DNA of 64,000 nt, from contig NC_092675.1 in the NCBI RefSeq assembly GCF_964355755.1, positions 8,985,812 to 9,049,811 of the forward strand. The letters run 5' to 3'. Position 1 is the first letter of the stretch; each line of letters starts with the position of its first letter. Below, piece by piece: positions 49,701 to 63,108 of this stretch. This stretch comes from Antedon mediterranea (lineage: Eukaryota; Animalia; Echinodermata). The notes under the pieces are model-generated. The model had not been told where the DNA came from. It worked only from the letters and a program-made list of their open reading frames with translations, and did no database searches. Made by a program: the position numbers and the translations under genes.

Positions 49701-52700
49701 CATGGTGTAGTCCATTATACGTGTAAAATTAGGGGTGTTTACTTTTAGCACCAAAGTTAAACCTGCACCTCAACCCGAAGATCGTTGGAAGTACTGTATA
49801 TCATATTTATATTTTATCGCACCCACCTCAATAATCCAGCAGACAGATCATCGAAAAATCTTGTTTAACAACGTCGTACACTAAATTACCAAACGCGGTT
49901 TTACCGAACTCAAGGAAATGGTATAGTCCACAATACACGTGCAGAAGGCCGGCTAAACAGAGAGAGAGAAAGGGGTCGGTGTCCGTTTTTTGTGTTTTGA
50001 ACTCTTATAAATATGGATTATACTAACAAAAAAGCTTCAGAAATTGAAACTCGGAAAATAACTATAATTTATATTCTACTACATAATGTCATTGGCTTGA
50101 TTTTACCGTGGTTAACACTCTGTGTATGAATAGTTGTAGGTAAGGCCTACAAACAAATTGTTTTTGTATCATGTTTTCTCCGTCGGCTGCTAGGCTGAGG
50201 CTTGCTGTTGTTCCTTGGTTGGCTTCACGTGCCTTTTTATCGAATTATTTGAAACTAAACGAAACATTCAACACAGGACGGTAAACTATAAACGCTGAAC
50301 ATCGTACCTATTTATTATTTATATGGATCGTAAATACACGTAATATTTATATGAAATACAAAAAGATGTATTGTAGACAGTCCTACTACTACTACGCAAT
50401 CTGATGAATGGGGGGAAATCCCAAAACATTTTGCGCGTAGAATTTTTTTTTTTTTTTTTTTTAAATTCCACCCTCAACCGGAAACAAGCTATTTTTTAAT
50501 TTTGGCCTAGTTATTACAATGTTTTTTAATTTTGGCCTTGGTGCCCCTTCGATTTAAAACAAATGGCCTTGGTGCCCTCCCATTTGGCCTTGGTGCCCCT
50601 AAAATCAATGAAAACCTGAGGCCAAATGGCCTTGCCCCTAAAATCCCCAAATTCGAGGCCTGCAGTTTTGAATATCAAACCTTATGATATTAACAATTTA
50701 AACTGTCCATTTGGAAGAAACAAAATACATTAAATAAAAATTAGAAAAATTTTCCTTCAGCAATGACTACGCTGGATAGAACAAATAAATATTACTGGCT
50801 ATCCCTGCAGGACTACACTTAACACTAGTTAATGGTTAATATTCAGGATTAGTTTGTTAATTTTTGGAGGACAATATACCTTTCATTGCGATCATTCATT
50901 TCTGTTACCAGAATTGATCTTTTCATTCCATCTCAGATCACCCAATGAGTTCAATCCTACCTCCTTCAATTTTGGTGAAATTTGGTGTATGGATAATTTA
51001 TCAAAGTCAAAATTGTTCAACTTCATCGGACTAGCGGTTTCTAGATATCATGATTTAAATTTTTCGCAAAATAGCTGTATTTTGGGAAATACTGGTCTGA
51101 TATTGAAAACCAAGATATTTTTGTAAAAAGAAGATCTTAAGGAATCTAAATATAGATTGTGTTTTATTTTTCTGCAATTATCATTGGAAGAAAAAAGAAA
51201 TCCCCCCCCCCCTCCCAACTTTTTTGATTTTATTTTTGGTTGTTGGTGAAATGTATATCCAGTAATATAGCTACAGAATTTGGTGGCTGCGCCATTTTTT
51301 GAAAACAGTTAATTTAAAATGTTGGCATTTGTTGGGTGAACTGAGATTGAATGACCAATATTTAACAGCTATTTCCCATAAATAATTATATAACAAACAT
51401 TGAAACAAAGCAAAATCTTGAATACAAATAATAAAATATTTCAAAGGAAACAGGAACTTTACACTGTACTGCAAAAATAATACAAACATTATGGATTATA
51501 ATGACATATTTATGATGCAAAGTACAAAAATAATAAATATATTTTACGTACAAATACTAGTCGTTTCAACTAATTAATGCCACTGTACTTGTACTACACA
51601 CACGTACATATCTTATTTATGAGTTTCACTAAAACAATACTGTACTGTAGCAGTCACATACAATTGAGTACAGAACATTAATAATAAAGTACAAAGAGTA
51701 AAGAACCATTGCAAAAATTATCAAAGCCTGTTCACAAACCAAATTAAGCAAAAGTATATCTAAAATTGGAAAGGAAAGACATCACAACTCTTGTTTTGTA
51801 AGCATGCTGATGATACAGTATTATGTGGTATTGTCAAAAATCTTTATTGACATGCGTTTTATGGCTTGTGTATGTATTGTACATGTTTTTACTAAGATGT
51901 ACAGTAGTACAGTAGTAGTGATCAATGTAAAATTTTTGTAAGATTTGTATTTAATTTGATGAAAATATTAAAGACGTAATATTCACCAAAAACATGATGA
52001 AGGAAAAAAAACAATCAAAAATGTTGGTATAGTGAATGATTATTGTGTGACATTAAAAAAATGTATAAAAAATATTTTTCTGGGGTGACAATATATCTTT
52101 AAAGATTGAAATACAGTAATTATGAATTAATAAATGAATATATTAATATCATAACATCTAAAGTTAAACAAATATTGGCATTTAAATTTTATTTCTGTAT
52201 AATTTACAAAACATATTGTAACTAGAAGTAGAACAATTCAAATTGAAAAATTTAGACTACTAGTAAACATCAAAACATGGTAAATTAAATTGCCTGTGAT
52301 CACTGGCAGTATTTTGTATAAAAGATATATATGATAATAAACTAAGTTAATTCATTCAAATTATTTGTTAAATGGCTATGATAACAACATTCTATTCATT
52401 ATGCAAACCACTTAAATTGTTTATATATTAAATGATATACTGTAAGCCTTTGTAATGCTTAAGAATGAGAAAGTTACCAGCTGCAGGTGAAGTAATATAT
52501 TAAAGTACAGTAGTTAAATAATTCAATTTGTATTGCAAATAAAATTATGTAAATTACTAATACAATCATTCAATTGTTAATAATATTTTATTATCATTAA
52601 AAATTAATAGAAAAAAACAATAATGAAAAGGTCAATTTTGGATTAAAAATGTGAAGATTTTGTGGACTAGTAAGGTTCCATAAATTTTACATAATAAGCT

Positions 52701-55700
52701 ACTACTACTATAGTGTACAGTACCTAAATTCTTCGATTTTTATGTGTCAATTTCCACTACAAATTCTTTCTTACTATTCAAATCCATTCTTAAAAACACA
52801 TTTGGCCAGCCAAGGGTTTTGGAGAGTTGTGTACAGTACAACAGGAATGTAAATACAAAAAATATAGGGTGTGTCAAATATCGGAGGGGTGAGTGGCTAT
52901 GGAGATATGAAGTGGAGAGACCAAGAAGCCTACTGATCACTTGAATATAGAATAAATGTAATATTATTGCCACAAGAATTTAGTATCTCAGGATTTAGGT
53001 AAAATTTTAAACCATTTTTCTTTTGAGACTCATAAAAAACTGTCTACAGATGACGATGTAATAACATGATATTTTTCTGATTACAATCATTATTGTCTAG
53101 AGGGACATAAAAATAAAGCAGATGTGATATATTTCAAACCATGAAAGCTAGTTCGAAATATGTATACCTTATATACAGGGCTAGACTGTTAACGAGATAT
53201 TGTGAGAAGACAATCCCATTTTATCATACATTATATTATGTAATAAATTTGGTTTGTAATTTATGTAAAACCAAAATGGTTTAAACTGTTTTTTTTTAAA
53301 TTCACACATGTTATTTAAATGTATCAAATTAACACAAACCCATACAAATAAAAACAAAATGTATAGTATTTTGAGTAAAAACGAAATTTTAAGATACCAT
53401 GGTAAATTAGCGAAAATTACTCACGCCATTGCAATATTCTATTTCAACGGCCATCGGAAGCCTCTATATTCACGACGTCACATATACACACGATAATATC
53501 GAGAGCGTGTATGCCGCCCGATAGTCAGAGTGAATGATCGACGGCCTGGAAAGATACGCGAAGCGTTGACACTAATACTAATTTATTCAATATCTAATGT
53601 TGTTGAAATATAGGTCCCTAAAATGTACTTCGTTTGTTCTAAAACCCGAATTTAGAAGGCCTAACTCCCAAACCTTTACTAGGCCGCCTAACTAGGCCCC
53701 CAATCCAGCGCGCGGAGTCAATCAACCACCCACATCATGCGGCGAGGCTCCGTTTCATGTGCATCCAAGGACCAAAGCGATATCAACAACTTGCTGTGCT
53801 CATTGTCAAGCCAAAGTAAAATATGAATAAAATTCGTTTTCGAACCGCCTGATTCGTGACAAATAAATTATCATCTCATATTACTAATTTAATTCTGCTA
53901 AACTAAAAACTAAAGAAACTAACACATTTTAGCAGTATAAAATACGAACGATATACAAAATACACGAACGGAAAATATGGATACGCATCATTGCGCACAG
54001 AGCTGTATCCCGGACAACGTTGCCAGGCCAACTTCGGTATTGCCAGAAAAAAACTTTTGATTTTAAGATTTTAAAGCGTCATTTACTCGCTGAATAACCG
54101 TTTATATGGTAATCATTTTATCTAACAAAATTCTAAATACGTTTCTGCAAATGTACAAGCATTTTTTAGAAAATACTCCATAGATTTCAAGAGTTATAGC
54201 CAAAAAACTGCAAATTGTCCATTGGAGGGATAGGAATATATTCGCAAAGTGATGTCACCCGCGAATTTTTTTGATTTTCAAATGGGGCTTTCCCCAAAAG
54301 GGCCAATTTATATTTTGTAACAATATACATTCTAGCAACACCTAATAGCCCCCAAAACATCATTCTAAAATGAAAAAAATTGAAAATCCATTTCAGGTCC
54401 ATTTTAAGGAAATTAACTGAATTTGTCCACTAACACACACATTGAATATATCTACTGTAGGCCTACAAATTACGGATCTGTATACAGTCCATATACCATG
54501 CAGGATTTCCTCCATGCCTATATACAAATGTGTTGTGCAGGAATATCGCAGATAATGCATTTTGCAATTCTAAATCTATTATCCCACGAACTAATAACAA
54601 GGTCCAACTCAAATTTGTAATATATAATAATATAATATATTGTGCCATATATAAAAAAAACATTTATGAAACATAACTTTTTATTTGATATAAATAATAC
54701 TTACATAATTACTTTGCAAGTCAGGATGTACACGTTCTATACCATCATCTAGGATAGTGACCACAACACCACTGCCAGTGTAACCTTTGTTCCAAGCCTG
54801 TACAACATTCATATCTAGGCCGTTCCGATGCTGACAAAATAATAAAACAACAAATATGAACTAAATACAAAGTAGAATGTTTTTGCCAGATAATTGTGTG
54901 TATTAGTGAACATTTAGTCTGTGACAAGGCCTTCCACATTTCCTACAATTTGCAAAATGCAGAATCATGTCGTCTGCAATCAGATGAAAGCTGCTTCACA
55001 ATATTTAAAGATGTATTGTCCCCCAAAACATGAAAAATGAAGATTAATTAAATCAGATTTTGAATAGGTTATTTTGTAGTTTTAATAAAGTGATTCACTT
55101 CCGTAGAAAAAAATAATGTTTTCACTTATAAAATAACATGATAAATGGTTAAATTCACCCAAAAATCCATTGACTGGCAGCCAATTTGACCATTTTTTGC
55201 TTTAAATTCCATTTTTTCAGGTAAATACATTTTTTTTCAATCCAATTTTTGGTCGAATTCAATAACTATTATGTGACATTAAAATGGTATATTAAAAAAA
55301 AAAATACATCTTTAAAAGAAATGTTACATATGAATTGACATAAACCCTCACTAAACAAACAATACTGTAACTTTATCAAACTCATTTAGTTCCACAGTTA
55401 TTGAATATGCTTACAACATTTAAAGTTCATCAGCTGTTAGGATTTAGAACAATGCATTACTGTTGAGTATAAATTAATGCACCATTTAGAAAAGATGAGA
55501 AAGGATTGCATGTTTGTATGTATGATGATCAACATAAATTTACTACTAAAACGTGTAGTATATTTGCTCACACTTAACACTGTTTCCAGTTAGAAACTGC
55601 CACCGCCAGCGTTTTTAGCCCAATTCGATGTTTTTATTCAAGCTGATTGAAACTATGTATGTGATCTGATTTATATGTAATTTAGACTAAAATAATCATT

Positions 55701-58307
55701 AAGATTTTAGCTTTACAATGGTACCAAGAACGATTTTCAAATCGCAATATGTAAATCATAATAGTAAAATAAAAGTAACCCACTTTTTTAGTTTTTCGTA
55801 ATTTTGCGCAAGAAAGTCGAGATATTCGCGATTTTGTGCAAGACATCCCAATATGAAAATATTGCCCGGGTGAGATCAACAAAGACAAAGTTACTTACAC
55901 GGCACCGATAGGCCTATAAAAACAAGTTATCACTATCGAAAAATGTATTACATTTTATAAATCATAAATCTTACATCAATGTTTTGCCAAAATCCACATA
56001 GTACAGACACCAGGCCTAGTTAACCAGGCCTAAAATTGGTCCGGAACCGTTTTACGACTAGGCCTAGGTAGGCTAGCCTAGTACTAATAGCCTAACTAGT
56101 AAACTGATGAAATCATTTCTAAACAAGTTTGTTGCGTGAAACTCGGTCACTCACAGTAAAACACCAAAACAATTAGGGTATACATACAATAATAAAATTA
56201 AAGACTATATATTGAAAATAACTCCATTATTTTTTATTCAGATAACAAACAAACATGCCACTCCACAAAAACCTTTGTAATGCTTCGGCGGCATAGCTAG
56301 CGCGCGACCGATACACAATGCGCCAAGCCATCGCTCTACGCGCTACTGTGATGCGCGGTGTATGTTATTTCGACAGGTACCATTTTGACAGTCGTAACCC
56401 GATTAGTTACCTCAAATAGTGAAATATTGACGGTCAGACCGAATATAGTGTCCATATTTATAGTATGTACCAATAATTAACCTATCTTCCGGATTTCGTA
56501 AAAAAACGCGAAACACGAAAATCTTCGTCAAGTCAAGTGTTCCCACACTAGTGACTGAAGGAGTTCAATATTATTATGATATGTTATTGTTGTCAAGTAG
56601 TTGTGTTTGTTTCTATTGTAAACAAGGAGATCATCACATTATTATTTTATAATTGAATAGCTAATAATGATGATATTACTTACTAAGTACCACAGCTTAG
56701 GCCACTTTGGGTCATTGAATGCAGGCTCTGTTGAATGATCTCGTTTCTTGCGAATTAACACCTGTTGTTGCTCTATCCATTTTACCTGGAAGATACACCA
56801 CAATAACAACAACTGTAGACACTGTATAATGATCATAAGACAAAAATACTGTACACACTATTTAGAACCTTTCAACTTTTCAGGATGCAATACAGTAACT
56901 TGTATGTACAGTGGGTTGACAGGACTGACAAATAGGTAAAACATGTTGGTTATTGTAAAAACTACTGAATATGGGTAGTATTACCTGAGGGTCTTGAGTT
57001 AATTTTGTCACATGATGATCGTTGCTTCTCTGTGGTGATCTACGTTCACGTGGCCGACTGTCAATGAATTTGAAATGACTCTCAATAATCTGAAAAAAAA
57101 AAAAAACTTAAAGAAATATGGTATCTTATTAAAGCTTCTGGTTGCTAAGGATATGGTAAATGATATTGACATCACTGTGTTTTCATACAAAGTTTTGCCC
57201 CACACTTAAATGTGTAGAACAGATATTCAATCAGGTTTTGAACGGTTAAAAATACTTGCGTACATTTTCACAGTATTCAAACACATACAGTAATTACATT
57301 CTATGCTATCTCATACATATACAGTAGTTATCTCCATTTGTAGGCCCTCCGTGGGGGGGGGGGGGGATGTCTGTCATTTGTGAATTTGGTATGAGGACGT
57401 CAATGGACATCCAATGGTGGTGAAGTTGGGTGGTACTGTATCTCTCTCGTCTATCTGGTACCGTTTTTTTAAGCACCTTTCGGGGTCCTCCGGTCTATAC
57501 GCAGCTGGAGGTTCCCAGCAGACTCCTATTTTCAATTACTTGAGGTAACCCTCTATACACAGACATTGGTACCTACTGTAGCTCGTCTAACCAAATGTTT
57601 CTGGGTGCCTGTCTATGGCTAGTTGGTGTAATGTTAGTGATGTGGTTAAGGAGCTGGGGGTTGTGGTTTCCATTTCCCAATTGCTTTACAACAATTTTTA
57701 TTTACCATTGTTTTGAGGACAAGGGTAACTGTATTTCAGCTTACTCAACATTTGCTTAGATTTAAGGATGTTTTTTTTTTTGTTAGTTCTGATTTACCAT
57801 ACTATACTGTACCTTTTTTCAGAAGACGTCACAAAAACCCTGACACTAATATGATGCCGCTGCGTCTGACTACTGTACGAATGCTTTCTGTGCTACGAAC
57901 CAGTACACGTTTTTTTAACATTCCAAAAAAATGGTGGTGCTTCCCGATGACAATCCACCACAAACATGTGTACTACTAATTTCATTACAAATTTGAATAT
58001 TTTTAATTCGTGTTCATTCAGTCAAATTTGTGAATGTGGGAAAGGGGCATTAGGTCCCCTCTAATCTTCTGACTGCCAATGGGTAAGATTCAATATTTAG
58101 AGCCTCAACAATGAAAAGTAAATACTTAATTAATATTATTTATACAGTACTTACCTCTCCTTGATTTATAAAACCATGTCTTTCAGCAACAGTATTGGCT
58201 ACTTCATCACCTCCATGTATAAGAACAGCGTATTCATTTAGATAAAATTCTGATCCACAAATGCAAATTTCAAGTAGTAAAAGTAGTTCAAGAAAAAGGT
58301 AGTCCAT
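37169..58307 (-). CDS. furin: Furin-like proprotein convertase (S8B/kexin family), 13 coding exons per isoform; 749 aa with last exon 13B or 633 aa with 13A
   Basis: Exons 58307-58155, 57089-56985, 56785-56684, 54830-54705, [48843-48767 or 47782-47706], 47095-47007, 44883-44711, 44564-44352, 44065-43965, 42783-42680, 40194-40077, 39726-39416, [39225-38996 or 37746-37169]. All are GT-AG and in frame. Signal peptide, RKKR pro-cleavage site, LDDG/HGTRC/GTSAS triad, SGNGG oxyanion hole and RGD are present. Orthology to furin rather than PC5/6 is inferred. Confidence 0.95.
38996..39225 (-). CDS. furin: Furin alternative last exon 13A (short, hydrophobic C-terminus)
   Basis: [13 protein letters not shown] completes the P domain, TAG acceptor in phase 1, ends [15 protein letters not shown]. 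Confidence 0.8.
39416..39726 (-). CDS. furin: Furin exon 12: P domain
   Basis: LEHVQARI...[14 protein letters not shown]...[21 protein letters not shown]. Confidence 0.95.
40077..40194 (-). CDS. furin: Furin exon 11
   Basis: [31 protein letters not shown]. Confidence 0.95.
40772..42016. mobile_element. Foldback-like element with long modular inverted arms, in furin intron 10
   Basis: GGGTTGGTGAA..CAGTCCAAAATACGCAGAA / TTCTGCATATTTTGGACTG..TTCACCAACCC, arms built from CCAAAATACG repeats, TTTAAATC on both flanks. Confidence 0.85.
42680..42783 (-). CDS. furin: Furin exon 10
   Basis: [14 protein letters not shown]...DWTTNGAG. Confidence 0.95.
43047..43848. mobile_element. Non-autonomous TIR DNA transposon in furin intron 9
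   Basis: Perfect 24-bp inverted repeat AATAGACACGTTTCGCGCTCGCGA / TCGCGAGCGCGAAACGTGTCTATT, plus subterminal inverted segments. Confidence 0.85.
43965..44065 (-). CDS. furin: Furin exon 9: catalytic Ser
   Basis: [34 protein letters not shown]. Confidence 0.95.
44352..44564 (-). CDS. furin: Furin exon 8: oxyanion-hole Asn
   Basis: [17 protein letters not shown]...CNCDGYTN...[18 protein letters not shown]. Confidence 0.95.
44711..44883 (-). CDS. furin: Furin exon 7
   Basis: [17 protein letters not shown]...[17 protein letters not shown]. Confidence 0.95.
45646..45718 (+). tRNA. tRNA-Val(AAC), probably a pseudogene
   Basis: TGGCGTAGTGG A box, GCTT-AAC-ACGC anticodon arm, GGTTCGAGCCC B box and poly-T. 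The acceptor stem has mismatches. Confidence 0.8.
45935..46037 (+). pseudogene. tRNA-Val(AAC) pseudogene with an internal ~31-nt duplication
   Basis: GGTTTCG...CGAAACC acceptor stem, with the anticodon-arm segment present twice. Confidence 0.8.
47007..47095 (-). CDS. furin: Furin exon 6: catalytic His
   Basis: [29 protein letters not shown], 89 nt. Confidence 0.95.
47253..47628. mobile_element. Degenerate PIF/Harbinger-like MITE between exon 5B and exon 6
   Basis: TAGTGAGCTTTCGCA / TGCAAAAGCTCCCTA inverted ends. Confidence 0.55.
47706..47782 (-). CDS. furin: Furin exon 5B (divergent duplicate, putative mutually exclusive exon)
   Basis: 77 nt, same phases as 5[27 protein letters not shown], pyrimidine tract with AAG acceptor and GTTGGC donor. 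Confidence 0.82.
48767..48843 (-). CDS. furin: Furin exon 5A (canonical copy)
   Basis: 77 nt, [29 protein letters not shown] acceptor and GTCGGA donor. Confidence 0.92.
48896..52102. mobile_element. Kolobok-like TTAA-flanked element; a short relative lies at about 55004-55314
   Basis: TTAAGATGTATTGTCCCCTGAAAA / TTTTCTGGGGTGACAATATATCTTTAA inverted ends. Confidence 0.55.
48979..50662. mobile_element. Non-autonomous hAT element nested in the Kolobok-like element
   Basis: Terminal inverted repeat CAGGCCTCGAATTT / AAATTCGAGGCCTG, imperfect 8-bp duplication CAGTTTAT/CAGTTTTG, and GGCC/GTGCCC subterminal repeats. Confidence 0.85.
54705..54830 (-). CDS. furin: Furin exon 4: catalytic Asp
   Basis: [37 protein letters not shown]. 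Confidence 0.95.
56684..56785 (-). CDS. furin: Furin exon 3: pro-cleavage site
   Basis: [34 protein letters not shown]. Confidence 0.93.
56985..57089 (-). CDS. furin: Furin exon 2: prodomain
   Basis: IIESHFKF...RERRS...LTQDPQ, AG/GT boundaries, phase 0. Confidence 0.88.
58155..58307 (-). CDS. furin: Furin exon 1: signal peptide and prodomain start
   Basis: [18 protein letters not shown]...[26 protein letters not shown], donor GTAAGT. Confidence 0.9.
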
Positions 58308-59157
58308 CTTAAGTTTATCTGTTAATGTTAAAACACTTACAATTATCAATTAAATGAAAACAAAATGTTTTAGATTTTCTGATGATTCTGTTTTTTCTTC
58401 TAAGTAGACCGTCGTAGGGCTACTGTACATACAATACAAATGCACCAGTTCATGAAATTGATTTTGCTATACGTTTAGAAACCTTTTTAGGCCTAGGCCT
58501 AGCTAGGCACTACTGTGTGAAGTACTAGGCCTAGGCTAGATAGGCTAGTAGAGTAGGCTACATGGACGGATGCACCATCCAAACATTTAAAATTGTTTAA
58601 TAAACTTTGTCATGTTTTTTATTTTTTTATCTTTATTATATTATATTACTTTTGTTTGAGAGTTTAATAATAGTCTGTCAAGGTTCATTCATTATTGCTA
58701 CAAAGAAAGTCAAAGCCTACTACTACTAAGCTAGCTAGACAGGCCTGGGCCCTCTACTATAGGCCACCTAGACCTATACCTAGGCCTAGCCTAGTCCTAT
58801 TTAAGCTAGTAGGCTGCTAGGCCTTCTATTCTAGGCTAGGCCTAGCCTAGGCCTATCCAAGCAAGACGGAAGTAGTTAGGCCTAGGCCTACCTACTCTTA
58901 CAGTCTCAGTCATCCTAGCAAATAATTTGATAGTAATAGAGTATAAAACCTTTTAAATAAAAACACTAGGCCCTAGGCCTTAGGCCCAGTGACACGGCAA
59001 TCAAAGAATATATATCTCTTTGCGGTAATCAAAGAATATATGTAGAGTAATCAGCATACGCCCCAAAATACGCTTGTTTGTCACAAGCCAGCCACTTTTT
59101 TACTGAGAGAGAGGCCGGGGAGAGGATCGAGGAGAGAGAGGAGAGGTGTATTATTAA

Positions 59158-60333
59158 CGCCGTGGTTAGGATTCCGGCACCGGAACTCAACTGCCCACCG
59201 TTAGGGAATCCGACACGCTATTGCGCATGCTCATAGCTCTGGGAAGTGAATTATAGCAAAGAACTTATAACACAAGAATCTCCTGTTCGTCCGAAGCGCG
59301 TAACAATTTCGAAAGGCATTGTGGGATAGAATAGAGCTATGGGTGGTGGCGCCATTGTGAGCCATGGAGTAGGGCGCCCGCATCAAATTAGAAAGTCAAA
59401 ATCATAGAGGGGTTCTGCTAATGCTCTAGGGGGTATAGAGTAATTGACTGAGGAGTAGGGCGCCCGCATCAAATTAGAAAGTCAAAATCATAGAGGGGAT
59501 CTGCTATTACTCTAGGGGGGATAGAGTAATTGACTTCCTAGTTTGGAGGGGGCGCTGCTCCATGCTGTGAAATGGCGTCGCCCAGTTTGACCTTTTAACC
59601 CTGTACTTCCGATACTGTGTTTTGAATGCAAATTGAAGAACAGGAGATTCTTGTGTTATAAGTTCTTTGATTATAGCTTGCACTTATAGAGTGCCACACA
59701 CACCACACCACCGAGAGTCGGAGTGTTATAGGGATTTACTGTAGCCTAGATAGTCGTTGCGCGAGCGAGAGAGCGATGGATGAAACTTGGCCTATGCCAT
59801 ACATGAATTAATAATTAAAATACGACTACGCCACGCGTTAAAATAATTATAATGATATTAATAAGTATCAGTATCTATCTAAGAATCGTAATGCTGTTTT
59901 TAGCGTTGCGACCCTGACTTTCCAAACAGTTTTCACATCCACGCGGATGGCTGCCGTCAACAAATCAACTTGTGATTGCATGTTGTTATGTACAGTATAA
60001 TGCGTTATGAAAAATCATAAAACTAGTCATGTAATTATATAATTCATAATGATATGAAGTTTATATATGAATGAAGCAACCACTATTTAATTAAAAAATA
60101 AATAGGCCCACTGGTCACGTCTAACTGGTAACCCTAGCCTAGATTAGTGGATACCGTATTAGTAGGCATCTAGACTAGTTTGCCGTGTGTGGCGCAGCTA
60201 TGAAATGATCCATCGCTGTTGTTGATAGGTGGTATAGAGTCGCCGATTACCTCGCTCTGGGCATGCGCAATAGCGTGTCGGATTCCCTAACGCTGGGCAG
60301 TTGAGTTCCGGTGCCGGAATCCTAACCACGGCG
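59158..60333. mobile_element. Mutator-like (MULE) non-autonomous element
   Basis: Near-perfect ~73-bp terminal inverted repeats and a perfect 9-bp duplication TATTATTAA (59149-59157, 60334-60342). Confidence 0.9.
59257..59669. mobile_element. P-element-like MITE nested in the MULE
   Basis: Terminal inverted repeat CAAAGAACTTATAACACAAGAATCTCCTGTTC, 7-bp duplication ATTATAG, and an internal ~67-bp direct repeat. Confidence 0.82.
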
Positions 60334-60699
60334 TATTATTAATTCAGCAGCAGAGAGCGTCATTCTCCTGATGATGAACGCATGCGCGAAAAGGGAGTTT
60401 TTCATGTTTATTCAACGATTACACGCTTCACTGATCTTCGCTGGCTTGGAGGGGAGGTTGAAAATTTTAGCTAAAACTTTCAACCCCCCGGCCCCGTGAA
60501 AGTTACCCCCCCCCCCCCTCAACACCTCCCTTCTCTTTTGACTGACCCTCTCCCATCTCTTATAGCAGAACCACATAGTTATCTAAAAACAAAAAATAAC
60601 ATGGATATTACGAGGGCCTTTTTTATAATCATAATTTTATTTTTTTATGTCGCAATAATAATAATACAATTTTCATAGAAAGAATGTCTTCCCCCTCCC

Positions 60700-63108
60700 C
60701 CCACCTTGGTACCTTCTGTTTAAAAAAGTTCTGAATCGATTTTCATCATTATTTTTTCATAATCGATCAGTTCTCAGCACTATGTCAAATATCAATACAA
60801 ACAAAATTTGGTTTTGAATATCATAGAAATTGGAGTGGGGTTCGTTTTCATGGCCTATCTAACATTTTCAACCCCCCTGTGAAAGAAAGTCCCCCTCTGT
60901 TTAAAGAAATTCTGAATCGATATTCTTCATTATTTTTTCATAATCGATCAGTTCTCAAGACTATGTCAATTATTAATACAAAATGAATTTGGTTTTAAAT
61001 CAGAATATCATAGAAATTGCAGGGGGGGGGGGGTTTGTTTTCATGGCCTATCTAAAATTTTCAACCCCCCTGTGAAGGAATGACCCCCCTTTGTTTAAAG
61101 AAGTTCTGAATCGATATTCATCATTATTTTTTCATAATCTATCAGTTCTCAACACTATGTCAATTTTCAATACAAAAAAAATTGGTTTTAAATGCGATTA
61201 TCACAGAAATTGGAGGGGGGTTCGTTTTCATGACCTATCTAAAATGTTCAACCCCCCTGTGAAAGAATGACCCCCCTCTGTTTAAAGAAGTTCTGAATCG
61301 ATATTCTTCATTATTTTTTCATAATCGATCAGTTCTCAACACTATGTCAATTATTAATACAAAATGAATTTGGTTTTAAATCAGAATATCATAGAAATTG
61401 GAGGGGGTTTGTTTTCATGGCCTATCTAAAATGTTCAACCTCCCTGTGAAGGAATGACCCCCCTTTGTTTAAAGAAGTTATGAATCGATATTCATCATTA
61501 TTTTTTCATAATCTATCAGTTCTCAACACTATGTCAATTTTCAATACAAAAAAAAATTGGTTTTAAATGCGATTATCACAGAAATTGGAGGGGGGTTCGT
61601 TTTCATGGCCTATCTAAAATGTTCAACCCCCCTGTGAAAGAATGACCCCCCTCTGTTTAAAGAAGTTCTGAATCGATATTCTTCATTATTTTTTCATAAT
61701 CGATCAGTTCTCAACACTATGTCAATTATTAATACAAAATGAATTTGGTTTTAAATCAGAATATCATAGAAATTGGAGGGGGTTTGTTTTCATGGCCTAT
61801 CTAAAATGTTCAACCTCCCTGTGAAGGAATGACCCCCCTTTGTTTAAAGAAGTTCTGAATCGATATTCATCATTATTTTTTCATAATCGATCAGTTCTCA
61901 ACACTATATCAATTATTAATACAAAATGAATTTGGTTTTAAATCAGAATATCATAGAAATTGGAGGGGGGGTTTGTTTTCATGGCCTATCTAAAATGTTC
62001 AACCCCCCTGTGAAGGAATGACCCCCCTTTGTTTAAAGAAGTTCTGAATCGATATTCATCATTATTTTTTCATAATCGATCAGATCTCAACACTATGTCA
62101 ATTATCAATACAAAACAAAATTGGTTTTAAATGCGATTATCACAGAAATTGGAGGGGGGGGGGGTTCGTTTTCATGGCCTATCTAAAATGTTCAACACCC
62201 CTGTGAAAGAATGACCCCCCTTTGTTTAAAGAAGTTCTGAATCAATATTCATCATTATTTTTTCATAATCGATCAGTTCTCAACACTATGTCAATTATCA
62301 ATACAAAATGAATTTGGTTTTACATCAGAATATCATAGAAATTGGAGGGGGGTTTGTTTTCATGGCCTATCTAAAATTTTCAACCCCCCTGTGAAGGAAT
62401 GACCCCCTTTGTTTAAAGAAGTTCTGAATCGATATTCATCATTATTTTTTCATAATCGATCAGTTCTCAACACTATGTCAAATATCAATAAAACAACATT
62501 TGGTTTTAAATCAGAATATCATAGAAATTGGAGGGGGGTTCGTTTTTATGGCCTATCTAAAATTTCCAACCCCCTGTGAAGGAATGACCCCCCTTTGTTT
62601 AAAGAAGTTCTGAATCGATATTCATCATTATTTTTTCATAATCGATCAGTTCTCAACACTATGTCAATTATCAATACAAAATAAATTTGGTTTTACATCA
62701 GAATATCATAGAAATTGGAGGGGGTTCGTTTTCATGGCCTATCTAAAATTTTCAACCCCCCTGTGAAGGAATGACCCCCTTTGTTTAGAGAAGTTCTGAA
62801 TCGATATTCATCATTATTTTTTCATAATCGATCAGTTCTCAACACTATGTCAAATATCAATAAAACAAAATTTGGTTTTAAATCAGAATATCATAGAAAT
62901 TGGAGGGGGGGGGGTTCGTTTTCGTGGCCTATCTAAAATTTCCAACCCCCCTGTGAAGGAATGACCCCCCTTTGTTTAAAGAAGTTCTGAATCGATATTC
63001 ATCATTATTTTTTCATAATCGATCAGTTCTCAACACTATGTCAATTATCAATACAAAAAAAAATGGTTTTAAATGCGATTATCACAGAAATTGGGTGGGG
63101 GTTCTTTC
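60700..63108. repeat. ~187-bp tandem satellite, 13 units
   Basis: TTCTGAATCGATATTC...GATCAGTTCTCAACACTATGTCAA recurs at about 60729, 60910, 61104, 61291 and onward to 62984. Confidence 0.95.
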
